DNA from: Armatimonadota bacterium
GTDB taxonomy: Bacteria > Armatimonadota > HRBIN16
Direction: 5' to 3'
Assembly (NCBI GenBank): GCA_963677485.1
Contig: OY781964.1
Location: forward strand, 3,808,001 to 3,872,000
DNA length: 64,000 nt
The position numbers were made by a program, and so were the translations under genes. Positions 21,847-31,472 of this stretch are shown here, piece by piece. Each line of letters begins with the position of its first letter. Positions within the stretch are counted from its first letter, which is position 1. The notes under the pieces were generated by a model that saw only the letters and a list, made by a program, of their open reading frames with translations, searched no databases and was not told where the DNA came from.

Positions 21847-23475
21847 GTGAATTTGGTTCCTAATGGTGACTTCAGAAGTCTTGCAGGGTGGAAACTCTCC
21901 AACCCCGCTTTGATACAACTCGGCACCGATACGGCAGATGGTGTGCCCCGTGTGAAACTCAGCTCTGACCCTCATGCCTCAGATGGTTCAGAATCGACCG
22001 CCATTTGGCAGTTCCTCGATATCAAGGGCTTTGACGCAAAAGCCGAATACCGGTTGAGGTTCCGTGCCAAGTCGGACCACTTCCCGCAGGAATACAACCT
22101 GTTTCTGGGTATGATGCAGGGAGAACAGCTTCCGTTCACGGTGGGGTATGAGTGGCGGCAGGTGGGTTCCGCCTGGCAGGATGTGCGGCTTGACTTTCGA
22201 GATGTAAACCCAGTCGCAACCGCCATCAAGCTGATGATCCAAGTGAAGGCCCCTGGTAGTGTGTGGATCAGCGATCTACGCATAGAGCAGTTACCAGCAG
22301 GCACGATCGGTGCTGAGGAGCGACTGCTGAAGGACTTGCCGAAATTCGTGGGCTCGTCTCAGAATGTGAGAATCCTTGCCGACCGTCGATTTGAAGTCAA
22401 CGGCAAGCCATTCTTCCCAATTGGACTGTGGGGTATCGACTACCCTAACGAAAGACAGATGGACGACCTACAGTCTTACGGCTTCAACATCACCGGAACC
22501 GGCCATCTCTCTGCCCGGGGAGCCAACGGTGTGAAGGCGTTCCTTGACCAGCTTCAGATACGGGGTCTGATGGCCATTGGAGTGATGCGGTATGCACTCA
22601 CCCCCCAGACACCTGAGATAGTTACTGAAGTGGAACGCATGAACGGCATGCATAAGCCGGTGATGGAGATCACCCGTTTGCATCCTGCCTTCTTTGCCTA
22701 TGACATCGGCGATGAGGTGGCGTGGGCCGGGAATGACATCTCCGCACTGGCCAAAGGAGCGCACTATATACGTGAGTGCGACCCACACCACCCGATATTC
22801 ACCAATGCGGCACCTCGGGGGAGTATCGCCAGTCTGCAGCGATATTACCGGTTTGCCGACATCGGCGGCAGTGATATCTACCCATGGTGGAACGGCGAGC
22901 CTGACAAGCATTCGGATCTGCCCAACAAGAGCTTGTCGGTGGTCGGGGACGAAACGGTAAAGAACCTGCAAGCGATGGGCAAGAACAAACCGGTGATGAT
23001 GACACTGCAGGCCTTCGGCTGGTCAGAGGGCACACCCGATGAGGCCTTGAAGGCGAAAGGCTACACCTACCCGCCGCAGAACCTCATCCGGTATATGGTT
23101 TATGATGCCATCGTGTGCGGAGCTACGGGGATACTGATGTTCCAAGACGGCCGTTACGACTACATCAATCGCAAGGTGAAGGCGATAGGGCTTGAGCTGA
23201 AGGCGATGCACAACGTGTTGGCATCACCGAATGACCCCAAAGGAGCCAAATCAGCAGATAAACGGCTCAAGCTGATCACCAAACTCTACCGAGGCAAGCG
23301 CATCATCATCGCAGTTAACCAATCGGAAAGTGGCATGAAATGCCGTATCACCGTGCCTGCAGGCACCAAAGTCTGGCTGGAGAAAGCCACGCGCCGGAAG
23401 CTGGATATCACACGGCAGGGCTTCACCGAGAGCTTCGAGCCCTGGGGTGTGGGTATCTACGAGCAGATGGGGTAG
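21847..23475 (+). CDS. CBM4/9-like domain plus glycoside-hydrolase-like TIM barrel
   Basis: NLVPNGDF..W / GSVWISDLRI jelly-roll; VNGKPFFPIGLW, YDIGDE, DIYP, PVMMTLQAFG, GATGI. Confidence 0.65.
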   Translation: MNLVPNGDFRSLAGWKLSNPALIQLGTDTADGVPRVKLSSDPHASDGSESTAIWQFLDIKGFDAKAEYRLRFRAKSDHFPQEYNLFLGMMQGEQLPFTVGYEWRQVGSAWQDVRLDFRDVNPVATAIKLMIQVKAPGSVWISDLRIEQLPAGTIGAEERLLKDLPKFVGSSQNVRILADRRFEVNGKPFFPIGLWGIDYPNERQMDDLQSYGFNITGTGHLSARGANGVKAFLDQLQIRGLMAIGVMRYALTPQTPEIVTEVERMNGMHKPVMEITRLHPAFFAYDIGDEVAWAGNDISALAKGAHYIRECDPHHPIFTNAAPRGSIASLQRYYRFADIGGSDIYPWWNGEPDKHSDLPNKSLSVVGDETVKNLQAMGKNKPVMMTLQAFGWSEGTPDEALKAKGYTYPPQNLIRYMVYDAIVCGATGILMFQDGRYDYINRKVKAIGLELKAMHNVLASPNDPKGAKSADKRLKLITKLYRGKRIIIAVNQSESGMKCRITVPAGTKVWLEKATRRKLDITRQGFTESFEPWGVGIYEQMG

Positions 23476-23536
23476 AGGGTGTGATATGGTCTCGAGCGTT
23501 GACGGCTGTGGACTTTCTTGTAAATAACTGGTTTGT

Positions 23537-23698
23537 CTGTGTCCGGGGCGGTCTGGCTGTAAGCTGAAAATCGCCACTGTTTACAGACCGCGCCGGTCTT
23601 GTTTCCGAAACATAACCAGGGAGGCTATCCGCCAGACCGGCGCGGTCTCGAGTCTTCTGCATCCGCTAGCCTGCACACAGACCGCCCCGGACTTAGCC
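23537..23698 (+). repeat. nested-palindrome element family A, full copy
   Basis: GTCCGGGGCGGTCTG...AGACCGCGCCGGTCT...AGACCGGCGCGGTCT...CAGACCGCCCCGGAC. Confidence 0.85.
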
Positions 23699-23922
23699 CG
23701 ATTGAAGGGAACGCTTCAGTTACAATATGGGCTGCCGTGCCAGCACGGTCGGCTGCTCTCGTGTGTGTTGCCTCCATTATCTAATGTAAGAGCGGCGTGA
23801 TCCCATGTGCCGAACATCGTTCCTATGAACCTGTGTTCTGTGTGCCTTTATGGGTATACAACACGACGATCCAGTAATATAGAAAAAAGTATGATGTTAA
23901 TATAAAGTAAGTATAATACTAA

Positions 23923-24150
23923 TTGGATGGTGTGATGTGTTACAACGATCTGGGATGCAGCAAGTCTTGCAGGCTCTTTGGAGGTGCAGATCGACACCTG
24001 TCCGATCTGTTAGTGCTCAATCCTACTGATGATGAGATGCTGCTCGCAGCTCGCTGGTGCTTGACACAAGATGCATCAGAAGTCTTTCCGCAGATAGTGG
24101 AAAGTTTTCTCAGGAAAGTCGGGTGGGATCACATTGCTGAGCTTGTGTAG
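23923..24150 (+). pseudogene. remnant of DUF6036-like nucleotidyltransferase
   Basis: RHLSDLLVLNPTDDEMLLAARWCLTQDASEVF resembles the DUF6036 C-terminus; catalytic N-terminal half absent. Confidence 0.55.
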
Positions 24151-25165
24151 ACGGGCATTTAGGGAAGGATTACTGGGATTTCTGTGGAACCACTGGTCCC
24201 AGCTAGGTGCTTCGGGTTATAGGCAAATCAGTCCCGGTTGGATCATTGATCCTGAGGTGCTGCTATTGATGACACTGGACTTTGGGAGAGACGATCCGCG
24301 CCTCTTTGACTGCATGATGGACTGGGTCGTAGATTACCAAGACAAACTGAGTGTTCATCGACTAAAAACCATCATGAAAGGCCAAAGCGAACTGATACAG
24401 CAGCTACTGAGTGCAGTCGCCACCTCAGTAGACACCATCAGCAGCCATCCCCGTTGGTCTGCGCTTACCCGAACATCCACGGCACCGCCGACAAATACAC
24501 AGCCGTTGTTTGTCAGTAGCTCAGGAGATGACTTACCTACCATCGGTGAGCCTGACCCTGTGTTTTTACTGCATGGGTTTCTCCGAGACAGGTGGCAACC
24601 GAGGACTCAGGCTAGTTACAAAGCGAATAGTGAAGCTAGCTCGTTGATCATCTCCTTAAGATGTCTGTTCGGCATATCACCTCGCGCTGAAATCATCGCA
24701 TTTATGTTAACTCAGAATGCTGTCAGGCAAAAAGCCATAGCCACTGCTTCAGGGTATTCTATACCATCTGTGCAGTCGATATTAAAGGACATGGTGTCAT
24801 CAGAATACATATACCAAGCATCGTCAGGTCTGTATGAGATAGATAAACCGCGATGGTCTAGTTTTTTCCGGCTAGATTCGAGATCCCTTATATGGAGGTC
24901 GTGGACACAGCTGATGACTGCGATCCGAATTATAGATGACTTTTATGCCGTATCTGAAGCGGCTAAGTGGTCTGAATATATGCAGAAATCCATGGCGCTC
25001 ACTGTGATTTCACAGGTGCGTGATATATTGTCAGGATCAGGAATACTACATCGATTTAATGAACCATGTGATTTGGATCACGCACCGGCGTTACTAAGCA
25101 TCTGCATCGATGCGTTGTTACAAGAGTTAAATCCAAGCCATGCGGTACCTCTGCAGAGTGCATAG
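24134..25165 (+). CDS. hypothetical winged-HTH protein, putative partner of the nucleotidyltransferase
   Basis: LLGFLWNHWSQLG, IIDPEVLLL, DPRLFD; HTH-like segment QKAIATASGYSIPSVQSILKDM; overlaps upstream remnant. Confidence 0.65.
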   Translation: MLSLCRRAFREGLLGFLWNHWSQLGASGYRQISPGWIIDPEVLLLMTLDFGRDDPRLFDCMMDWVVDYQDKLSVHRLKTIMKGQSELIQQLLSAVATSVDTISSHPRWSALTRTSTAPPTNTQPLFVSSSGDDLPTIGEPDPVFLLHGFLRDRWQPRTQASYKANSEASSLIISLRCLFGISPRAEIIAFMLTQNAVRQKAIATASGYSIPSVQSILKDMVSSEYIYQASSGLYEIDKPRWSSFFRLDSRSLIWRSWTQLMTAIRIIDDFYAVSEAAKWSEYMQKSMALTVISQVRDILSGSGILHRFNEPCDLDHAPALLSICIDALLQELNPSHAVPLQSA

Positions 25166-25192
25166 TGCTGATTTACTGCATGGCTAGACGGT

Positions 25193-27604
25193 TCAGTCTC
25201 CCTGAGCCCCGAAGTTTCGATTAAGCACCACGTAGTCAAACAGGTTCACGCTGCCCGTGCCATCCATATCCGCCAGGGGATCGTTGGTGTTGAAGTGGAT
25301 ATCAAGCTCCACATAGTCAAACAGGTTCACTCGACCATCCCCATCGGCGTCACCCGAAAGTAGAGTGAGCGGCACGATCTGCTCACTTCCTGAGGGGGTG
25401 AGTTGGAGCCTTCGCCTGAGGAAAGGGCGTGCCGAAATCTCAATCGTGAGAGCTTGCTGGGGCAGCACACCGAGGGGCAAGGTGCCGTCGCCTAGCGTGG
25501 TTGCGGTATAGCGTTTTGAGTAGCCAACCCCGGTCACCGCAATATTGAATATCCGGCCAGCCATACTACCATCCCAGTAGTTGACGGTCGGGTTTAAGAT
25601 CACGTTGGTCTGTTGGTCGATGCCGCGGATCACCACATTATCGACGTATCCGTAAGCCGTGGCCGTGTTGGTGGTTCGGAATCTGATTTTGAAGTTCGTG
25701 TTATCGCTGGCACCGGCAGGAAGGCCGAACTGCTTGTAGCTCCATGCACTGTTGCCGGCCACATCCTCTAGCGTGTTCCATGAGTTTCCATCATACCACT
25801 CGGCGATCAAATGACTGCTTGAGGTTCCGTTGGCTGTCTGACGGGCGTATTCCACGATGATATCGTGCTTCGCTACCGTAGAGTATGACCTGGTGATCGA
25901 GTCTGTAGAGTTCAGATTCGCAGTATAGGTCTGCATGTACTTGCTTGTGGATTGCAGCGTCGCTCCGGTGTTTGTCCATCCACCGGTGGTGAGGTTGTTG
26001 CTCTCGAACCCGTCTGACCACAATACGGTGTCTAGCACGATGTTGTCTGCAACGACGCCAGAGATGTTTCCTGTATTATCCTTGAATTGCGCATAAACCA
26101 CTTTGATACCGCCCACGGATCCCAGATCATAGAGTTTGCTACCGGCATACGGCTCCCATGCACTCCAGTTGATCTCATCTGTGCTGAAGCGCATCTGCGA
26201 TATGGTACCGCCGGGTAACTGCGAGGAGGCGTTGAGTGCCAGGCTGACCGTGCCGTTGGTGGTTGTGGGGCTATCGCTATTGATGGTGATGCTGCCAGCT
26301 ATCGGGTCCGAGTTGATGCACATGATGTTTGCCCGGGCGCCCGACACCCCTCCATTGGATGGATCGAGGCGGATCCGGGTGATGTTCCCCGTCCAGTTTG
26401 CGTTGGTGGACATCGTCACCGCATAGTCATGCATCTGGCCATCGGCAATGGCGTTAAACACCACAGAATTCGCCTGTGTAAACTGTCCGCCTTGAGGGGC
26501 AAAGAATAACTGGCAGCTTCCATCGTTAGTGCCCACAAAAGCCATGCGTATATAGAGCTTCGGAACGCTCGAAGCGGTGAAGAACGTCGGTGGGCTGGTG
26601 ATATATGGGTCGGATGTGTCGAGTTTCATCTGCATCTGATGTTTTACCCAAGGGAAGCCGGTGTCTGTGCCATTCATTATGAAGTTCTGGCGGTCGTGGG
26701 CGAATACGAAATTCGGTCTAGTGTTAGGCGCATGTGAATACACATAGCTTCGGATGCTCGACAGACTGCCCAGGATCAGCGTCGCCTCGAAGTCATATGT
26801 GATATTGTGGTCTAGAATGTCGGTGCTCAGCGGAGCAATGTATCCGGTGTTGCCGCTGGTCGGACCGCCTGAATTCTTCGTTCCCGCAAATCCGCCTACA
26901 AACGAGTAAGAGCCCTTCTTGTAGGTGCCGACGCCCCAGCCGCTGGCATCCACTTGGGCTGCCCAGTTCTCGGTAGCCGTCCAGTAGTTCCAGGGTGGAC
27001 CCTGGTTCACCACTTCATTCATTGCTCCGTTAGTGAATGGCGCGTTTCCATTATAGGAGTATAGTTTGTATAGTGTCGCCACGGTGTAAACCGCCGGTTT
27101 TTCTTGTTCACGACCGCCATACGACGTGGTATCGGACCGGGCGTTGTTGATGCGGCAGTAGACATTCACTGATGATCCATCTATCGTGGTCCATTGCTCC
27201 AGCGTGCCCTCCTGGTCGACATTGTTGAGTGCCCACTGTTTGCCTATGCTTTTGGTATAGATGGTCTTACCATCGTTGGTATGTGCCAGGATCGTCGCGC
27301 TGTTACCGTAGCAGTCGCCCACTTGAATGGGGTTCCATGACCAGTTGGGCCAGCTCGAGCTGGGATTTCCATATGGCTGCGGACCTGAATAATAGGACTG
27401 CTGAACATAGCGCCCTTTGTCTGCGATGTTGATCTGGTTAGCCCCACCCGAAGTGCTGAGCCAGTAGATCGCTCCTCCGGATTTCAAGTCGATCCCGACC
27501 TTAATGATGCCGTTGTCTAAAAAACTGGATGACTGGGCCCATGCACCGGACGCTGAGATAATCATTATCAAGCTGATGGCTAGCGTAAGTGTCTTTCGAG
27601 ACAT
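25193..27604 (-). CDS. secreted multidomain protein with C-terminal X-module/dockerin-like tail
   Basis: signal peptide MSRKTLTLAISLIMIISASGAWA; CBM-like DGQMHDY..WTGNITRIRLDP; ends GDADGDGRVNLFDY..ADMDGTGSVNLFDY..NFGAQGD. Confidence 0.85.
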   Translation of the reverse strand: MSRKTLTLAISLIMIISASGAWAQSSSFLDNGIIKVGIDLKSGGAIYWLSTSGGANQINIADKGRYVQQSYYSGPQPYGNPSSSWPNWSWNPIQVGDCYGNSATILAHTNDGKTIYTKSIGKQWALNNVDQEGTLEQWTTIDGSSVNVYCRINNARSDTTSYGGREQEKPAVYTVATLYKLYSYNGNAPFTNGAMNEVVNQGPPWNYWTATENWAAQVDASGWGVGTYKKGSYSFVGGFAGTKNSGGPTSGNTGYIAPLSTDILDHNITYDFEATLILGSLSSIRSYVYSHAPNTRPNFVFAHDRQNFIMNGTDTGFPWVKHQMQMKLDTSDPYITSPPTFFTASSVPKLYIRMAFVGTNDGSCQLFFAPQGGQFTQANSVVFNAIADGQMHDYAVTMSTNANWTGNITRIRLDPSNGGVSGARANIMCINSDPIAGSITINSDSPTTTNGTVSLALNASSQLPGGTISQMRFSTDEINWSAWEPYAGSKLYDLGSVGGIKVVYAQFKDNTGNISGVVADNIVLDTVLWSDGFESNNLTTGGWTNTGATLQSTSKYMQTYTANLNSTDSITRSYSTVAKHDIIVEYARQTANGTSSSHLIAEWYDGNSWNTLEDVAGNSAWSYKQFGLPAGASDNTNFKIRFRTTNTATAYGYVDNVVIRGIDQQTNVILNPTVNYWDGSMAGRIFNIAVTGVGYSKRYTATTLGDGTLPLGVLPQQALTIEISARPFLRRRLQLTPSGSEQIVPLTLLSGDADGDGRVNLFDYVELDIHFNTNDPLADMDGTGSVNLFDYVVLNRNFGAQGD

Positions 27605-27700
27605 TGTTAGATTCTCCAAAATATGTACGTCATAAAGTGCGCGTTCGATCACCCAATGTCAGACGAACTCCAGCAGGAAATAGTTGCATATCGGCTGTGT

Positions 27701-29224
27701 TCAGTCGGCCTGTGCTCCAAAATTCTGATCCAGCACCACGTAGTCAAAAAGATTCACGCTGCCACTGCCATCCACATCCGCCAGGGGGTCGTTGCTATTG
27801 AAGTGCATGTCCAGCTCCACATAGTCAAACAGGTTGATTTGGCCGTTGCCATCGGCATCACCCGATAACAGGCTGATCGGCACGATCTGCTCAGTTCCTG
27901 CGGGCGTGATTTGGATCGTGCGCTTCAAGAACGGTTGGGCTGTGATGTCCACCGTCAGGGGCTGCTGGGGCAGCACTCCGAGCGGGATGGTGCCATCACT
28001 TTGTGCTGTGACCTCGTAGCTTTTTGATAGACCAGTTCCAGAAACTTGGATCTGGAACAGCCTGTCAGTCAGTGCGCCTTTCCACTGGATGATCGTGGGG
28101 TTGAGTATGACGCTGGTCTGCTGCGCAGGAACAAACTCGAAACGCCTGACGATGACCTCAACGGTCGCATTGTCGGATGGCGGAACGGTAGACCCGCCGA
28201 CAATCCATATGTTGATGTGCGTTTTCTCGGCGCCTGGTGTGGGGATGCCCGAACCTGTGTATGTCCATGACTGAAGCGGCGTGCTGCCGGTGTTGCTGGA
28301 AAAGGTGAGGGCGTTCTGGCTCCAAGTCAGGCTGTGGGTAGATGAGTTTGTCAGCGACGGCAGATTGAACCGGTGTCTGTGATTCGGCTGATCCCATAGT
28401 TGCAATACATACTGCGAGTTAGGATCACCAGCCGTGCCCCAACGGGAAAACTCGATGTCGATCTCTCGGTAAGGTGACGGGGCCGTGTCATCCCAGGTAA
28501 ACAGGCCAAACACGGCGTTGTAGTCGACGGCGGCAGGGTCACTATCGAGCACAAACCGGTAGGTTCCATACCCAAAGCTGTTTTTGCCGATCACTTCTGA
28601 GCAATACCAGCGGCCATTGTGGTTGCTGATCCTCAAGTGGAGCCGGCCAAGGGCGTCCGCCCAAACATCCTCAACCCGGTCGGAAAAGTAGTTGCCAGCA
28701 CTTGGAGGGCCAACTAAAAACTCACTTTTCTTGACCGTCCACTTCAGGCCTGAGAAGTCGATCTCACGAGGCGGTTCAGGGTTCGTGCGTGTCACCTGGA
28801 CGTTCGCCACGGCATGCTGTGATACCTCAGCGGGTATCTCCTGGTAACCCTGGGATATGGGCGGCATGTAGCCTGCGGGCAGCAGATAGGCCGCGATGCG
28901 GGTGGCAGCCTCGTCACCCTCTCCAGTGGTGATATCACACACCCATGTACCATCGGTGTTGATAGGCACGAGGCGCAGGCTCTCATCGAAGTTTGGTTTG
29001 GTCCACCAACCTTGGGTATATATAAACACCGCGACCCTGTAGTCATTGGGAGTGACATTTGTGACATGCCCAGTGAGGTTATCGTTGGAACCATATGGTG
29101 GCACATGGTCAAACACGATGGTGGGGGTTGCGCCTGTGGTCACTATCTGACCATCTGTGCTGCTATGACAGATAAGCGGTGCCGAAAGCATGGAGATGAG
29201 TGCTATGAGGCGTATCCAGTTCAT
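27701..29224 (-). CDS. secreted GH16-like glycoside hydrolase with dockerin-like tail
   Basis: signal peptide; GH16 motif EIDIE; duplicated Ca-loop C-terminus. Confidence 0.8.
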   Translation of the reverse strand: MNWIRLIALISMLSAPLICHSSTDGQIVTTGATPTIVFDHVPPYGSNDNLTGHVTNVTPNDYRVAVFIYTQGWWTKPNFDESLRLVPINTDGTWVCDITTGEGDEAATRIAAYLLPAGYMPPISQGYQEIPAEVSQHAVANVQVTRTNPEPPREIDFSGLKWTVKKSEFLVGPPSAGNYFSDRVEDVWADALGRLHLRISNHNGRWYCSEVIGKNSFGYGTYRFVLDSDPAAVDYNAVFGLFTWDDTAPSPYREIDIEFSRWGTAGDPNSQYVLQLWDQPNHRHRFNLPSLTNSSTHSLTWSQNALTFSSNTGSTPLQSWTYTGSGIPTPGAEKTHINIWIVGGSTVPPSDNATVEVIVRRFEFVPAQQTSVILNPTIIQWKGALTDRLFQIQVSGTGLSKSYEVTAQSDGTIPLGVLPQQPLTVDITAQPFLKRTIQITPAGTEQIVPISLLSGDADGNGQINLFDYVELDMHFNSNDPLADVDGSGSVNLFDYVVLDQNFGAQAD

Positions 29225-29270
29225 TGTGACCCTCCTGGATAAGAATGATTATCGCATGTAAGTTCATGTT

Positions 29271-29434
29271 GACTATGTCCGGGGCGGTCTGTCAGTAGGA
29301 TCATTATCACTACTGGATATAGACCGCGCCGGTCTTGTTCCCGACACTAATCTTGTATGGCTAACCGCCAGACCGGCGCGGTCATCGGCCATATGCAACC
29401 GCTAGCATCATGCCAGACCGCCCCAGACTTAGCC
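29271..29434 (+). repeat. nested-palindrome element family A, full copy
   Basis: same four-arm architecture as 23537-23698. Confidence 0.85.
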
Positions 29435-29566
29435 AACGCTAGTTGTTCGTAATGACAGCGCATCGAGCCATATCATTACTATCAGGATACCTTTTTAAAT
29501 ATGGGCGTAGTCATCGGAGTTGGGGGATGTACATTAGCGGAAATTGCGGGCACTCAGGCAGCTCTA

Positions 29567-29592
29567 AGGGGCGGTGTAGATCCACCGCCCTT
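29567..29592 (-). terminator. hairpin after ThuA-like gene
   Basis: AAGGGGCGGTG-TAGATC-CACCGCCCTT. Confidence 0.5.
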
Positions 29593-29614
29593 GTTCGAAT
29601 TACAGAATAGCAGG

Positions 29615-30262
29615 TTAGCGGGCTGCCCAGAGCATACCGCGCTGCATGATGGTCTTTACTTCGGGTACCTGGAAGTCAGATGCGACATGCCCCAGCGAAC
29701 TGTAGAACACGCGGCCTTCGCCGAACTTGCGCTTCCACACGGCGGGCATCACGGTGCCGGCAACCCATGGGTAGGTATCACCGCTGATGGTGGTGGTGGC
29801 CAGCACTTCGTTGCCGGGATCAGTGTGCATGTAGTATTGCTCTGAGTGCATTGCGAACTCACCCAGGCCAGCTACGATGGGGTCTTCCGGCTTGGATATC
29901 TGCACGGTGTAGCCAATGATGCCGCCGGGATGCTCTACCCAGTTGCCGCCGGTCATGAATTGATACATGGTGTTGTTACGGAAGCTGTCGCACATTCCGC
30001 CGTGCCAGCCAGCCAGGCCAACACCGCTGCGGACGGCTTTCAGTAGCCCGGCTTCTTGTTCGCCGCTGATCTGGCCCATGGTCCAAGCGGGTACGATCAG
30101 GCTGAGGCTGCTCATGAACGCCTCGTCTGTATAGATATCCATGCTGCCATCGACTACTTTAACGTCGAAGCCGTTCTCTTTCAGGAAGGGGATGAAGATG
30201 TCGGTTGTCTGCACGGGTTCATGGCCATCCCAGCCGCCGCGTACTACGAGTGCTTTTTTCAT
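29615..30262 (-). CDS. ThuA domain protein
   Basis: [33 protein letters not shown]. Confidence 0.85.
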   Translation of the reverse strand: MKKALVVRGGWDGHEPVQTTDIFIPFLKENGFDVKVVDGSMDIYTDEAFMSSLSLIVPAWTMGQISGEQEAGLLKAVRSGVGLAGWHGGMCDSFRNNTMYQFMTGGNWVEHPGGIIGYTVQISKPEDPIVAGLGEFAMHSEQYYMHTDPGNEVLATTTISGDTYPWVAGTVMPAVWKRKFGEGRVFYSSLGHVASDFQVPEVKTIMQRGMLWAAR

Positions 30263-30283
30263 GTGGTTACTATTCCTTATTTG

Positions 30284-31384
30284 TTAGTCGATTTGTCCGG
30301 TGATAAGGCCCATCTTCATGGGATCTGGCTGCTTCACCGTATTGGTGATGGCGATGGATTTCCCTTGGTCACTGGCTTCGTGTATGCTCTGCATGATGTC
30401 GAGCACGTGAAGCGCGAGCGCTCCGCTGGCGCGGTGAGGCCGCTCTAGCTGGATGCCTGCGCTCATGTCGGCCACACCCAGCATACGCCAGTTGTCGCTG
30501 TAGATATGGCTGTAGGGGATCACCTGCCAGCCGCTGCCGGGTCGGAACAGTTTGGGCTCGCCGCCGAATCCATTGGGGTCTGGCACGGAGATGGTTCCTT
30601 CGGTGCCGTAGATTTCGATCCAAGGAAGGTTGGCAGCCCACACATCGAAGCTGGTGGTGATAGTGCCAACGGCGCCGTTCTCAAATTCCAGAAGGCCGTT
30701 TACGTGGGTAGGAACATCCACATCCACCACCTTGCCGTATTTGCCGGCGCTGGTGATGGTTCTTGTGGGAAAGCTCATTCGGTTGGCTCCAGCAACTTTC
30801 GCCACTGGACCCATCAGGTTCACAAGCGCGGTCAGGTAATAGGGACCCATGTCGAACATCGGTCCGCCGCCCTGCTCATAATAGAATTCGGGATCCGGAT
30901 GCCAGCTCTCATGGCCATGGCAGGTCATGAAGGCGTTGGCACCGATGGGACGGCCAATCCAACCGTCATCAATCAGCTTGCGGCAGGTCTGAATACCCGC
31001 ACCCAGGAAGGTGTCGGGAGCGCAGCCCACCCGCAGGCCCTTCTCCGTCGCCAGTGCCAGCGTAGCTTCACCATCCTGGCGATTCAAGGCCAATGGCTTT
31101 TCGCAGTAGACATGCTTGCCTGCCAACAATGCGGCCCTATTCACGGCAAAATGCTGTTTCGGTACGGTGAGATTCAGCACAATCTCGATTTCTGGGTTGG
31201 CCAGTAGCTCCTCGGTGCTGCAGACCAATGGTACGTTGAACTCCGCCGCACGCGCCTTCGCCTTCTCCGTGATCAGATCGGCGCAGGCTACGATGTCGAC
31301 CATCGGTAACTTCGATCCGTTCGTGAAGTAGATGCCGCTGATGTTGCCGCATCCCACTATTCCAACTTTCATGGGACGTATCAT
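30284..31384 (-). CDS. Gfo/Idh/MocA oxidoreductase
   Basis: GIVGCGNIS, KHVYCEKP, APDTFLG, DMGPYY; RBS GAGGT before ATG 31384. Confidence 0.92.
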   Translation of the reverse strand: MIRPMKVGIVGCGNISGIYFTNGSKLPMVDIVACADLITEKAKARAAEFNVPLVCSTEELLANPEIEIVLNLTVPKQHFAVNRAALLAGKHVYCEKPLALNRQDGEATLALATEKGLRVGCAPDTFLGAGIQTCRKLIDDGWIGRPIGANAFMTCHGHESWHPDPEFYYEQGGGPMFDMGPYYLTALVNLMGPVAKVAGANRMSFPTRTITSAGKYGKVVDVDVPTHVNGLLEFENGAVGTITTSFDVWAANLPWIEIYGTEGTISVPDPNGFGGEPKLFRPGSGWQVIPYSHIYSDNWRMLGVADMSAGIQLERPHRASGALALHVLDIMQSIHEASDQGKSIAITNTVKQPDPMKMGLITGQID

Positions 31385-31417
31385 GTATTTACCTCTATGG
31401 TGAATGGAACTGGGTTG

Positions 31418-31446
31418 AGTATGACTCAATGTTTACCGTGATTCAA
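31418..31446 (-). promoter_or_regulatory. promoter overlapped by palindrome TTGAGT-N3-ACTCAA
   Basis: minus strand TTGAAT-17 nt-CATACT; core also present at 32616-32631. Confidence 0.55.
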
Positions 31447-31472
31447 GGTCTTATGGCAGTGCCACCTGACTG

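Noticed and set aside
25193-27870. Diversity-generating retroelement (TR/VR) between similar 3' gene ends
   Set aside because: Differences are not adenine-specific, both copies are coding tails, and no reverse transcriptase is present
23537-29434. CRISPR array interpretation of the recurring palindromes
   Set aside because: Repeats are inverted and dispersed, not regularly spaced direct repeats; no cas genes
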